From Lama guanicoe (lineage: Eukaryota): 64,000 bases of DNA. How positions within the stretch are numbered: the stretch's first letter is position 1; each line of letters starts with the position of its first letter. A model generated the notes under the pieces. That model was given only the letters and a program-made list of their open reading frames with translations, did no database searches and was not told the DNA's origin. Below, piece by piece: positions 1 to 13,152 of the stretch. Made by a program: the position numbers and the translations under genes. The stretch lies in assembly GCA_013239625.1 (NCBI GenBank), contig MU053216.1, positions 932,001 to 996,000 of the forward strand, given 5' to 3'.

Positions 1-2189
1 GGCGATAGTAGCTGCCGTCTCATAAGGTTGCTGGGAGGATCAGTGTGACGCTATAGGTGACACACTCAGAACAGTGCGGGCACTACTCAGTAAACCTTGC
101 TTGTTTTGATGTCTGGGTCCGACAGCCCTGCATCCCATTTGGCATTCAGCCACGTGCTAACTGGAATCTCTCTTGCTTCTCACAGCCCTCTCAGCCTGCA
201 AAGAGGAGCTCGGTCCTTTAAGAAGAAGCACTGTCCTTTCTTGAAGGCTCCCTGGGTGGGCCAGCCTGGCTCCTTGGCCTTCCTAGGCCCAGGGACCAAG
301 GATTATGAAACAGGCTTGCAAACCAGCGTTGGAGGCTGAACTGCTCTCTGGGCAGTGGTGAGGCTGGACACGGGGCCCCCAGCCATGCCGGTCATGTTGA
401 GAAGATGCTGTCCCTTGGGTGCTGAATGTGGAAGAAGGTCAAAGCCAGGATTTCTTGAGGGTTAAGTCTCTCCATCATGGCAGACGATCAGTATTGCCCT
501 CACCCCACTTATGGTCATACCATAATGACCCCTGACCCTGCTCCAAACATCCCAGTCACAGACCTCCATCAGTGAAGTGTGTCTGGATAAACGTGCTAGC
601 GTGCGTGCGGACAGGCTGGGGGCGGGGAATAAACAGACCAGGTGTGGTCATGGTGATGGCTCTTGAGAGAGTAGGTGGGAGGACGGGGCGGCAGAGGGGA
701 GGGGCCAGAGTGAGCATGGTCATGGACGGAGCACCACCCAGGTGGGAAGCGGTCCTGCCCAGCCCAGAAGTGGCCTCTGCCAAGTGCCTGCTTTGTGAGT
801 GGTTTTCCTCTGAACACAGTGATGACTCAGTTGCTCTGAATCAAGTAAATGGATTTTCCTTAAATATGAAAATCAATAAGTGGAGGCAAGGGCCCGGCTG
901 CAGGGAGAGGAGGGTGGGGGGTCCGGAGTGGGGAGAGGAGGGGGGCCGGAGGGTAGGGGTGAAGTGGCTGGCAGCAGGGAGGGAGTGAGACTCAGGCTGG
1001 GAGCCTTCCACACCCCTCCGCTGAGAAGGCGCCTCCAGGCCCTGCTGGCCTCACTGAGACTCCTTAAAACCAGCCAGCTCCCCCCTCCTCTCCTGCAGCC
1101 CCAGCTTAGGGCTTCAGGGCAGGAGACTGTTCACAAGAGGATTAGTGTCAATGTGACAAATGGGTTTTAAAAAGTCAGCCTAGGAGCCTGTGTTCACCCC
1201 GCAGTCTCAGACCCTGACATTTGAGGCGGGCGCTCCGGCTGCCCCAGCCCCTGGCCTGGCCTGGCCTGGCCTAAAGTCTTGTCCTGCAACCCTGGGGTCT
1301 GGGGCCCTCTGCTCGTTTGTTTCACGTTTGGGACCCGGGGGCTGGGACAGTCCTTGTGGCCCACGAAGTCCTGTCTGCACCTTCCTCTCTGGTTCAGGCG
1401 TGCCCCGCGGTCTGCCAGGCCGGGCTGGGACTCAGTGCCTCCCTTCATTTTCCCGAGCGTTTAACAAACGCCGTCAGGGGGAGCCTCTGGCTTGCTCCTC
1501 GGAAGCACGGTGGAAAAACACTGGCTGTCAGAGGATCTGAGTCCACACCTTGGCTCAGCCTCTGCCGAGGCGCCTCACCCCTGCGTGCTCATCAGTCTGG
1601 GGGGGACACACAGGGGACACCTCCACCTACTGAGGCCCGGGTGGGCGCTCAGTGGGAGCACAGAAGGGGAGGCGGCTCACGCAGTGCTGAGCAAGTATCA
1701 GCAGATGTCTGATTATCAAACAGACAGCGCAGCCCGCACGCCCCGCCCCTCCCCACTCGCTCCAGCGCGAAAACTCACTTCTGAGCAACGGGACTCTGAC
1801 TGTCCGCTGGTAACCCTGTCCTTTACGGCCTGATCCATCTTCCGGGAAGAGGCTTCAGGGCCGTGGGGGGTGGGGGTAGGCGTGTCCCCCTCCCTGGCCG
1901 CCCCGGTGCGGGTTGTCTGAGGTCACAGGCCCAGCAGGAGCAGTCTGCGGGGACCGCCGGCTCAGCGGTGGGTGTCCCACGGGAGCCAGTGAGTGCCGCC
2001 ACCTCTCGGCAAGATGCTCTGCCTCCCTTTCTCTGCTACCAGGAGGTGAGCTGAAAGTCAGCCTCAGCGTTTTTCCAAAGATAGCTTTTCAAGAGAGGTG
2101 CTGCTTTAAGGGGCCAGAGGGTAGAGGTGGGTTGGCAGGGAGAGAAGCTCCTCTCTGGCGGCATCCATCCTGAGACGATGATAATGGTC

Positions 2190-2370
2190 CAGGCCGTCAG
2201 AGCGCTGGCTGCGCGCCGACGGCTGCTCTGAGCACTTCACATGCCGTCACCCTGGGAAGAGGCATCATTTTTACCCCTGTTTTACGGCGAAGAAGTCAAA
2301 CTCAAGGGCTTGCCAGGGGCTACAGCCAGGATTTGCACCCGGGCAGTCAGGCCCCCGAGCCTGTGCCCGG
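2190..2370. mobile_element. MIR SINE fragment (similar fragments at about 1-95, 21600-21700, 33440-33600, 45060-45250, 50890-51020)
   Basis: MIR core motifs such as cccatcttacagatgagacactgaggctcagaggcggttagtaacttgctc and ccctgttttacggcgaagaagtcaaactca. Confidence 0.55.
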
Positions 2371-3059
2371 ACGCGCAGAGGAAACGGGGACTCTGGCCCT
2401 GGAGCATGCCCCTCACCCCACGCTTCCTCGTTCGTTTGCTCTCAGCTTGCTCTCTGGGACGTGGGCCTCGCAGGGCCTCCTCGGAGGCCTGCAGGGAGCA
2501 CGCACTGAGGCTGTCAGTGGCAGATGGCACACGGTTAGTTGTTACCTTTGCGGTCGCCGAGAGTCGCTAAAATACAGGCTTTCAGAGCTGGGTGTGGTCT
2601 TGAAGACCGCGTAATCCCACCTCTCCTTGAACAGATGCCGAAACGGAGGTGCCAAGATGTTAAGCAGCTCGACAGTCAGGAAGGACACACAGCGAACCCA
2701 GCGGCAGGGCTGGACCAGAACCCGGCCTCTCGGTCAGTAGCTCAGTGCTGTTCTGTCTCCCACGAGACTTTCCACCCGAGGCACGGGGGCGTCATTGTCC
2801 AGCCCTCCTACTGTTTGTGAGGGTCCCAGAGGGTCACGTGCTGGGACCTGGGAGTTTGCTTGTGTGGCGTGAGAATGCCCAGGACTCTGGCCGTGGAGCA
2901 GAGAATGCAGCTGGGGGAGGCTGGGTGCAGAGTCAGGGATCAGGTCCAACATGGAGGCCGAGGCAGGGACGTCCATCATCAGAACAGAGCACCCAGGAGT
3001 CGGCCGGCCTCTGTAGCGTCCATGGGCAGGTGACTTGTGTGGCCATGCGGGATCCTCCA

Positions 3060-3195
3060 TGGAGAAGGGTCCCCTGTGTGGAGGAGGGTCCCCTGCATGA
3101 AGGAGGGTCCCCTGCTTGGAGAAGGGTCCCCTGTGTGGAGGAGGGTCCCCTGCTTGGAGAAGGGTCCCCTGTGTGGAGGAGGGTCCCCTGCTTGG
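3060..3195. repeat. 19-bp minisatellite, 7 copies (consensus tggagRagggtcccctgYK)
   Basis: Directly visible tandem units such as tggagaagggtcccctgtg and tggaggagggtcccctgct. Confidence 0.95.
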
Positions 3196-6100
3196 TTTCG
3201 TGCTTGGCTGTGGTCATCTGCAAATTCTTAATCATTTTTTTAAACAACGGATGCCACATTTTCATTTCACGCCGAAGTTGTGCAGCCAGTTTTGCCCGTG
3301 GGACGGGGAGCAGAGCCCAGGCTAGGCCGTCGGGGCTCCGGTGAGGAATAGTGTTTTTCCACCCAGAACCACTCACATGCAAGCTGTGTCTGTGTGCAAC
3401 ACAGGCACAGAGGCTGCATGTTGAATGTTAGGAGAAATAAATGTTGCAGAACACTTTGTACACTGTGATCCCATTTACATCTGAAGATTCCTCACGCTGC
3501 TTCTGTGTGTGTGAGACCTGTATGAAAACACATTTTTCCGGAAGTCTGGGAGGTCTCCAGACTGATAGCAGGATCCCTTCTGGGGAGCCGCCGAGGGAGC
3601 TGCTAACTTCCCGCACATGTGAGTTGTGCTGTGGCCGCTCTCACGGGGAGAACGCCTCACGTTCCCCTTGTATGGTGATGAGTGAAGCGGTAAGACGCTC
3701 CTAACGCAGTCTGTGTGCACTTTCTCATGTCAGCAAATGTTCTTAAAACAATTGGAAGAGCAGCGTCTGGAGAGGGAAGAAGAGGACATGGGGGCACTGA
3801 GGCGGAGAAGGTGGAGGAGGGGAAGAAGGAGTTGGGGGGGGTGCAGGCTTCAGGGGGCAGGCTGGATGCGGGAGGGGGCGCTGGGCGTGGGGGCTGGGGC
3901 TGGGAGGTGGGAGCTGGGCCTGGCTCCCCGAGGGTTTTGAGACCACAGTGTCCACTCTGGGGCTGGCCGGGGTGGTGGGTGGTGCTGCCCAGTGAGCCTG
4001 GTGGTGAGGTCGGAGAGGTGACTTTGGCTGCGGTCAGCAGAGGTGGACGAGGTGGGGGAGGCGGGGGTTCCCTCCACAAGGAGGAAGGATGGGCCCCCGG
4101 CGTGGGGTTTGCCAGGGAATGGGGGGTTTGAGGCTGCGCACCCAGTGGACAGGGGACAAGCTTTGGAGGCAGGGCTATAATCGAGTCTCAGATTCACTGC
4201 ATCCTGTGTGACCGGAACCTTGGTCCCTCCCCTGCGAGACGGATGCTCCTGGCAGGCTTTCTGGGAGGATCTGACATAGGTGAAGCACTGGGCCCGGTGC
4301 TCGGACCAGGACTCCAGACGCTCCCCCTTCCCTTTCGTCGACTGTAGCTGGAGGCAGTAACGTGGCAGGAACTCACCTGCAGGTATCGAGAGCCGCTCTT
4401 TCAGGTACGTCCCTCCCAGTTTTCTAGGAGAGCCCCTGAGAGCAGGGCTCAGAGTCCCAGGCTGCAGGGGCAGAGCTGAGCCCGCCGGGAGGGGAGAAGG
4501 GCACTAGGGCCCCCGGTCCCCGATCCCTGAGCTGTAGGGGCCAGCGAGGCTGACTTCCAGCATCATGGGCCCAGGAGGAAAGTGCTCTGTGAATGCCGGT
4601 CCCAGGTTCCCCGCCTCTCTCTGGACCCCGGCCCCTGGGCGGCGCACCCCTCCACTGACCGGGGATGGGGTGGGCGTGTGGATGCCCGGCGGGTGCTGCA
4701 GCCTCTCCCGCGGTACAGATGTGCCCCGGGCCCGCTGTACCACCAGCCCACACCTGTTGCCCAGATCAGCTGCTGTAACTCTGCTCCTGGGAAAGCAGGC
4801 CGGGGGCGCAGGCAGATGGGAAGGCAGGGCGTCTGCCCGTCACTGCAGCACACGGAGGCCCAGAGTCTCGGCACAGACTGGCCCCTCTTCCAGCCCAGGG
4901 CCGCTTCCATCTGCACAGCTGTCCCACAGGCTCGTTGGTGCTTTGCCCCACCACCGGAGTCGGGGGGCCTGGGGACAGGGGAGGGGCAGACGTCTAACAT
5001 GGGACCATCTAGTGATCTGGGAGGCAGAGGAGGGGAGCCGCAACTGGGACCAGAGGGGTCAGCGGGGACCAGAGCTGGGAGAAGGCAGGCAGGGGGGCCG
5101 AGGCTGAAGAACAAGAGCCAAACTTGCTCTTGGGGCTTGGGCCGCGGAGACGTGCACTCTGGAGGTGGCTGGCACGGAGAATTCTGAGCCAAGCTGAGCG
5201 TGCGTGGCGCGTGGACCGGGCAGGCCTCAGGGCAGCCTGCACGAGTGTGGGAGAGCGGCCAGCCCTCACGAGAGCCCGGGACTACCCAGACAGGAGCCCC
5301 AGGTCTCTGAGAGAAGCTCAGCAGGGCAAATCCAAGACCCACGTCCTGACATCCAACCCGCACGCGGCATCACACGTGCTGATACATGTCCAAACCTCCC
5401 GGCAGGAAGCCAGGCAGTGGGCGGGCCTCACTGATGTCTGGTCACACCCCCGTCAGCCTTTGAAGGAAGGTAGCCCCGCTCCCCGCGCAGGGAAGGAGTC
5501 TTCAGCCTGCGATGCTCAGATGCCGGGCCCTACAGGAAGTGAGCTCCAGCTCCCCATCAGCCCTGGACCAGCCAGGACCCACTGCCCAGGTGGCGGCGGC
5601 TCAGCCAGATGAGACGCCGCTGACCCCTGCTGCTGGCCTTCTCCCTGCAGCAGCCGGGCCGAGCCCCAGGGAGAAGCGGGTGCTGGAAAAACCTTGCAGT
5701 CTGTCTGGGAGGGGTGGGAAGGAACAGCTCAGCTCAGAAACTCCCCAGCTGGGGCTCCTTTGATGAGACCGAGAAGAAATTAGAATAAAACTCAGACTGA
5801 GTTTCTGGGAGGAGTGAGACAGGCTAGTGGCTTGTCCTCCCAGCCCCCGAGGCTTGGTCACTCTCTGCTGTTCCTCGAGAACCCAAATCGGGAGGCCATT
5901 AGCAGCACTCCACTAGCCAAGTTCAACCACACGACTTAAAAAAAAAGGAGAAAATGAACTTCCAGCTTAATTTCTCATGGGCCGATGTACCTGGTGGACC
6001 GGAGGCTAACGTGATAGTGTGGCTTTAGTATCTTCTTTTCCATGAGAGAGGTTGGTGTTATGCTCCTTGGAAAACCAAGCCAAGAAAGCTGACGTCTGGA

Positions 6101-6531
6101 GCATTTGCCTTGGCACTCAGGCATTTTAAACATCGTTTTGTACACCCTAGGGGCGCAATTTAAGTCTTCCAGAATCTTTGCTGGAATCGTCCCAGGGACC
6201 AGAGGAGCACCAGGACTCTGATCATTTCAGCAGCATCAGCGTGGAAGCCCCCAGGAGAAGTGAAGTCACTCATTTTAACCCCCTTCTACTCTGCGCCCAT
6301 TCCAGCAACAGACCCGGAGCTCTCCTTGGCCTCGTGGCTCATCTCCCTGACACCCACCACCCTCTGGACACAGTGCTGAACCCGCTCCAGCCAAAGGTGA
6401 TCCTTGGCCTCTTAGAAGCTAAATCTCGTGTGACCATCAACACTCATTCATCACTGATTTATTTAAAAGTTTATTATGAAATATTTTAGACATACAAAAG
6501 GTATGGAAAATAATATAGCAAACATACCTCT

Positions 6532-6945
6532 TGCATTACTCAGGGTTCACTGGAGAAACAGAACCAATCAGATATTCATTCATTCACTCACTCACTCAGT
6601 CACTTACAAGGGGCTGGCTCGGGCAGCTGGAGGGGCTGGAGTCCCAGGACCTGCAGGGGGAGCTGGCCGGCTGCGGATGCAGGAAGGAGCCGACGTCTCA
6701 GCTTGAAGGCAGCCAGGCAGAAGAGATGCTCTCTTATTCGGGGGAGGGTCAGCCTCCTTGTTCTACTTGGGTCTTTGACTGATTGGACAAGGCCCACCCA
6801 CATCTGGGAGGGCAATTTGATGTACTCAGTCCACTACTTTAAATGCTGGCCCTTACTCAAAAGCACCCTCGCAGAAATACCTGGAACAAGTTTGGCCAAA
6901 TATTGGGCAGCCCATCAAGTTGACACTTAAAGTTTAACCATTGCG
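6532..6945 (-). mobile_element. ERVL LTR (MLT2-like)
   Basis: Starts tgcattactcagggttc...agaaacagaaccaat and ends caagttgacacttaaagtttaaccat. This is the reverse complement of the recalled MLT2 start. Contains an internal (TTCA/CTCA)n tract. Confidence 0.75.
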
Positions 6946-6999
6946 CCTATAAACACTGAACAGTGTAAGAAATAAAGCAGTGAGAGAATATAGTTTAAG

Positions 7000-8850
7000 A
7001 CCTCCCACCACCGAGGTTCTCCTCTCCCCTCAAGGGCAATGCCACTCTGAGCTTGGCGTTAAACCGCCCCATGCTGCCTGTCTCTTTTTGCTGCACCACG
7101 CGCTGCGTGTGCCCCGCACGTGGCAGCTGCACGCGTGGGATCGCACCACACGCATTCCTCTACAGTTGTCCTCCTCTGGCTCAGCTAGATTTTGAAAGGC
7201 TCATCCTTGTTGATGCACGTAGCTCCAGCTTGTTCATTTTCATGGCTGTGTGATACCCCATTATACCACTGCACTACAGCTTACTAGTTCTGCGGTCCCA
7301 GGTTTGCTGCTACGGCACAGATCTGCTGCCCCAGAAACCCTCCTACACATCTTACCACACACGTTGTCTTTCCCCAGGAGTTTGCCCAGGAGTGAAGCTG
7401 GTGGCTGTGGCGTTGGGGTACCTTTATCACATCCTTGCCGACACTTGGTATTGCCAGATTTTTTTTGACAACCAGATGGACGTGAGACTGCAGAGCACTG
7501 TGACTTTAGCTTGCGTTTCATCCACCGTCAGTAAGGTTGAGCTTCTTTTCATATGTTTGGCGGCCACTGGGGTTGCCTCCTGTTCCTCCTCCTCATCTAT
7601 TTCCAGTTCTATTGTTAATCTTTTTTCTTTGATTTGTAATAAATCTTTATATATTGTGGCTAGAAATCTTTTCTGGGTTATATGCTTTTCACTTCTCTTT
7701 TTCAAGTCTGGGGCTTCTCTCTCACCACCTTCTTAATAGCTTTATTGAGGTATCATTTACATACCATAAAATTCATGCATTTTCAGTACACAATTCAATG
7801 ATTTTTAGCAAATTTAAAGAGCTGTTTAACCATCACCACAGCTTGGTTTTAGAACATTTCCAACACCCAATTGCAACCCCTCCAGCCCATCTGCAGTCAG
7901 TCCCAGGCCCTAGCCCAGCTTCAGGCAAGCACTGACGTTCCCTCCGTCCCTAAAGACAGTCTTCTCCAGACAGCTCATGTAAACGGGGCCGTGCACCATG
8001 TGTCTTTTGCGTCCACCTCTGTTCACTTAGAACGAGGTTTCTGAAGCTCATGCACGTCTTGGCATAAACAGGTAGGTCACTTCTGTTGCTGAGTAATATT
8101 GTGCGAGTACAGTGCCCTCTGTGTATTCACCAGCTGATGGGGGTCTGGCTTACACTTGATGAAGAATAGCTTTCATATTTGTCATTGGTCCCCTCTGAGC
8201 AGCGTGTCCTCTTCCTGCCATGGGCACTCTTGAGACTGCTCTCTGTCTTTGGTTTTCAGCAATTCGATGTGCTCGGTTTGGTTTTCTCTGTATTTATCCT
8301 GTTTGGGGTCAGTTAAACTTCTGGGGCCTGTGGCGTGTTATTTTCCATCAAAATTTCAGCCACTGTTTCTTTAAATGTTTTTTCTCGCTGTCTCTCTCCC
8401 TGTGAGACTCCGGTCTGATGTACGTGAGGCCACTTGCTACCACCCTGCGGCTTGCCAATGCTCTGCTAGCTACTTCCAACCATTTCTTCTCTCCCGGCTT
8501 CAATTTGAGTGATTTCACTTGGCCTGTATTCAAATCACTAAGTTTCTCTTTTGCAGCATCCAGCTTTCTGTAAGCCCATCCAGTGGGTTTCTACTTTCAG
8601 ACACTGCATTTTTCAGTTCTGCAGCTTCCATTTAGCGCTTTCTTGGAATTTGCATTTCTCTTGAAAAACCGTCTCTCTTCACCTACTGTATCTATCTTCC
8701 CTTTTAAATTCTTTCACATATTTACAGTGGTCACCATGAAGACTTTGCCGGTTCCGTAGGGAGGTCATCTGAGGACGGTTTTCCCAAGCTTACGGGTCAC
8801 GGCTTTCTGCTGCTTTGCACATCACATGAAATTTGACTCTTTGTATAAAA
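7000..8850 (-). mobile_element. Cluster of old L1 (L1M-type) fragments
   Basis: AT-rich L1 3'-end motifs, e.g. ttaatagctttattgaggtatcatttacataccataaaattca at about 7733 and tttgatttgtaataaatctttatatatt. Boundaries are approximate. Confidence 0.7.
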
Positions 8851-9206
8851 TAACAGTGGAGACTTAAGCACAACATTTGTTCTGTTTTGTTGTGTTCATT
8901 TCCCAGGGAGCACAGGCTCCTCCCACGGTTTGGTGGTTAACGAGCACAAACCCGACGGTCACGACAGCTTCTTGAAGAAGAGGAGCTTTGTCACGATAAA
9001 CTGGACTTCTTCACCCCTGGCAGCAGGCTTTGCTCTGAGCTCAGCTTTGTCTGGCATTAATACAGCAACTGTGACTGCATTTGACTGCTCTTAGAGTTGC
9101 CCACCTTTTCCAGTTTTGAACTAGCAGCTCTGGGGTGGGGACAGGGAAGACTGGAGGCTGACTTCTAACAGGTACCAGGTTTCTTTCTGGGGTGATGAAA
9201 AGAATT

Positions 9207-9578
9207 CGCTGATTGACAACGTTAGTTTCAGATGTACTACATAGTGATTCGATGTGTTTATAGATTATTCTCCATGTAAAGTTATCATAAAATATTGGCC
9301 TTATTCCCTGTGCTGTGCAGTGCATCCTTCTTAGTTATTTCTACACAGCAGTTTGTGCCTCTTAATTTCCTTCCCAAGTTGTCCCTCCCCTTTCCCTCTC
9401 CCCACTGGTAATCACTAGTTTGTTCTCTGTATCTGCTTCTGTTTTGTCATTCATTTTCTTTTTGAGTTTCTACACATAAGTGAAAACACACAGGGTTCGT
9501 CTTTCTCTGTCTGACCTATTTCACTAAGCGTGACACCCTCCGGGTCCACCCATGTGGCTGCAAACGGCAGAATCTCAG
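9207..9578 (-). mobile_element. Younger L1 3'-end fragment nested in an older + strand L1 3' end
   Basis: gttagtttcagatgtac...tagtgattc...ttccctgtgctgtgcag...ctctgtctgacctatttcactaagc...tgcaaacggcagaatctc is typical of a laurasiatherian L1 3' end. Confidence 0.75.
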
Positions 9579-10489
9579 CAGGGGCGATGAAGCGTTCTCA
9601 GGGCAGACGGCGGCCGTGGTGGCAGAACCGCGTGCATACACTGGAAACCACCGCGTCGTACACGTTCAATGGGCGACCTGCACAGAGCACAAATCACAGC
9701 TAAATAAAGCTGGTTTACAACTTGAAAGATATTTTCAGTGTATTCCTCACTCACACATTGTAGTCTTCTTGTCTGCAGGTTTAATTTGTGTCTTTAATTC
9801 TTATCTTCTGTGTTTCTACTCAGCATTTTGAACACACAGAAAGCAGTTATATGTTTTATTGTCTTTGTTAATTCTACAATCTGTTTGGGGTTGGTTTCAA
9901 CGGATTGATTTTTTTCTCCTCATTATGGGTCATATTTTTCTGTTTCTTTGCATAACCTAGCAATTTTTTATGGATGCCAGACATTGTCAGTTTTACCCTA
10001 TTGGGTACTGGATACGTGCGCGTGCGTGTGTGTGTGTGTGTCTTCTTGAGCTTTGTTCTGGGAAGTAGTTAAGCTTTTGGAAACAATTTGATTCTTTCAG
10101 GTCTTGCTTTTTAAGATTTGTGTGTGTGTGGCGGGGGCGGGGGTCTCCCCAGACTCTCAGCTCCTCTCCCTGACTCAGGAAGTCGGCTGAGCGCCTGCTG
10201 GGGCTCCCTCCCTGTGCGGTGCCTGCAGCCTTCAGCAGCGAGCTGGCCAGTGCCAGGCCTTGGGGCTTGCCCGCTGGTCCTCTGTCGTCTGGTTTCCAGC
10301 GTCTTGAAAGCTGCTGGTTCCTAGACTTTGCCTTTTGCTGCTTTTGTTCTTTTAGGTGAGGGGTCACCTGTGACTCCATCTGGACCAGAATCTGAAGTCC
10401 ATTAAAACGGAAACGCCAAATTAAACGAGTCTCACTGAGAGCTCACAGGTGCCCAGGTACTGCGTTTGTGGAACCCCGGTTTAAGGAAT

Positions 10490-11345
10490 GTTGTTTAACA
10501 ACAAAAAGACAAATAACTCAGCTTACCCACGGCCAAGGACTTGAACAGACATTTCTCCAAGGAGGATGTACAAACGGTCACAAGCCCAGGAAGGGATGCT
10601 CCGCGTCAGCCACCAGGAAGATGCACGCCAAGGCCTCAGCGAGGTGCCGCTTCACAGCCAGTAGGGCGGCTACAACCCAAGACTGGTCATGAGAAGCGCT
10701 GGTGAGGGCGTGGAGAAACTGGACCTCTTGTGCGGCGCTGGTGTGGGCATAAAATGGAACAGCAGCTTCGGAAAACCAGCCGTTCCTCGAGAGTCAAACA
10801 GGGTTGCCGTGTGACCCAGCAACCCCGTCCCAGGTGGTCACCCGAGAGAGCTAGAAACACGCACCCACACAGAACCTTGCACATGAGCGCGCACAGCAGG
10901 GTCACCCGGAATAGCCCACACGTAAACAACGGAAATGTCGGTGAGCCATGAAGGGGCAATGGGCGTCTGTCCGCACAGCGGGGTGTCACTCAGGAGCAAG
11001 AAGGGAGGAAGTGCTGCCACCTGCTGCGACGTGGGTGAGCCTTGAGCACGTGCTCAGGGAGGGAAGCCAACCACACACTCTGTGATTCCATTTTTGTGAA
11101 ATGATCACAGCGGGCGGAACAAACAGGAAGCAGGCGAGGGGCTGCCCAGGGCTGAGGAGGTCGGGGAAAGGCAGAGCGGCCGCTAACGGGCACGGGGTTT
11201 CTCCCCGGGTTGATGAAACGCTCTAGCAAGCATCGTGGGGGTGGTTGCAAAGCTGCGCACCTGAAAACCGACTAAAAGCCACTGGAACGCACATGTTAAC
11301 TGGGCAAATTTCATGGTGTGCAGACTGTGTCTCTACAGAGCTGGG
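10490..11345 (+). mobile_element. L1 (L1MB-like) ORF2 end and 3' UTR
   Basis: gacttgaacagacatttctccaaggaggatgtacaaacgg...gtggagaaactggacctct...tgtgattccatttttgtgaaat...ggtggttgca are hallmark motifs. Confidence 0.8.
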
Positions 11346-12659
11346 GTTTTTCAACTGAGCAAATGCTCTCATGCACCAGAGGCCTGTGTGGGTGGCTGCG
11401 GTCTCCCGCAGTGACCAGCCCAGGTGTGACTAGGAAACCAGGTGCAGCTTTTTTTTGAAATTCTCTGACTCTGTTCTTCCTTCCTGCTTTTCTTCTTTCC
11501 TTTTTTCACTCACGCTGACCAGATGCCACCCTAGGCAGCGGGCATGAGGGAGCCCAGACATGGTTCTGTCCCCAGAGAGCTCGCAGCTTCCTGCTTCTCT
11601 TTCGCCCTGTGTAGCAAAGGAAGCTTTTGTCGGGGCCACGTCCACGCCTCCCAGGCTGCGAATAAACCTCGTCTTCCTAAAGCAGCACAAAGCTGCAGGC
11701 AGGGCTCAGGGGCGCCCCCCCGCCCAGTGCTCAGAAGCAGGGTGGGGTGGGGGTGGGGCACTGGCCGTGGGCTTCAGCACCCCGCGCCCTGCGGAGACCG
11801 CGGGTCCTCCCCCTGCAGCCTGGGTCCCAAGACCACAGAGAAGGAAACCAAAGGCTCAGGGCCCAGACCTCGTGTCTCTGGAAGCTCATTTCTGAGACAC
11901 CCAGCAGCTGCTGAGGGTTGAGGGGACGGACCCCTCGTTTCCCAGACAGCCGAGGTCGACCTCGCCTTCCCCGGCTCAGCCCCTCTTCCCTAAGGGCTGG
12001 TGGGTGATGCGCAGGGTCCTGGCATCCGGGCCTGCTCCCACCAAGGGCCTGGGGCCCTCGTGCTCTGCTGGGTCCTGGGTCTCACTCCCTGGGCATCGCG
12101 AGGCAACCCGCCTTCTAACTGTGGGCTGTGTCTTCTCTCCGACCAAGCTCCTACTCTTCGTGAGGACTGCTCCCTGGTCCTGGGTGACACAAAACGGTGG
12201 CCACCTTGTGACTGCGGGCGTCTCTCATCCCTCTCGCTGCTCCAGTTTCCTGCTTTGGGCCTGCCCGCTGCTGCCCTTAGAGACTTGGCTGCGGCAGAGT
12301 CCCTGGCCCTTCCTGGCCTCTGGCTGTGGTGACACCAACCCAGTTCTTCCCCCTCAGGGAGTCAGTCTTGGCAGAACCTCGCCTGGCGGGCCCTCTCAGG
12401 GGCCACTTCTCCATTGCCTTGGCCACCCGCAGCCTCCTTCTGCCCCCTCGGAAGTTCAGGCTGCTTCTACCACTTTCTCAGAGGCTCCCTTGCAGAGAAA
12501 TGTTATTTCTAAGTCTTCGTGAAGACGGCTCAGCGAATACTTCTAAAACCTCATGTTCTCTCTTAGCAACGCCCTGTCTGTAAAAACTTTTCTTTCTTAG
12601 GAAATGCATCTCTGAAGGCACCATCACCGAAGGCATCCACCTGGAGTGACCTTCCTGCC

Positions 12660-13152
12660 TCTGGCAAATTGTCTTTTCAAAAAGGGCTGCAGTAATATTC
12701 CCCACCCCACGTGCTCCCCCAGAACCTGCCGCGCGCACAGCCAGAGGCGAGGTCTGGGCCCGCTTCCCTGGGACGGGGTGGGTTTCGTGGCCGCCTCACC
12801 TCACCACGTGCTGGGGGAGCTGTGCTCTGCGCCTTTGCAGCTGGTCCAAGAGGCCAGGCAGCTTCCTCCTGGCCCCCTCCCAGAGCGCCTGTCCTTGGAG
12901 CCCAGCCTGGCCTCCTGGAGAGCTTACCCACAGGGTTCCCACTGCAGCCAGCATCAGCCGCTGGCCACGTGGGCAGGGAGTCTCCGTGACGACCCCAGCC
13001 AGCTATCGCCTGACTGCCTCACATGCGAGGTCTGAGCAAGAACGATCCAGCTCAGCTCGTAAACCCCAGAACCACGAGACACAAAAAGAAGGGCTGTGGT
13101 TAAAAGCTACTGAGTTCGGGGTGACTCACCGCACTGCGGCAGGTAGCCAGAA
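12660..13152 (+). mobile_element. MaLR LTR (MLT1F/H-like)
   Basis: 3' end reads ccccagaaccacgagacac...tgtggttaaaagctactgagttcggggtga...gcaggtagccagaac. Confidence 0.55.

Noticed and set aside
3060..3195. Possible CRISPR-like array or repeat protein (WRRVPC...)
   Set aside because: The units are contiguous with no unique spacers, the context is eukaryotic, and there are no cas genes. The peptide repeats come from the minisatellite.
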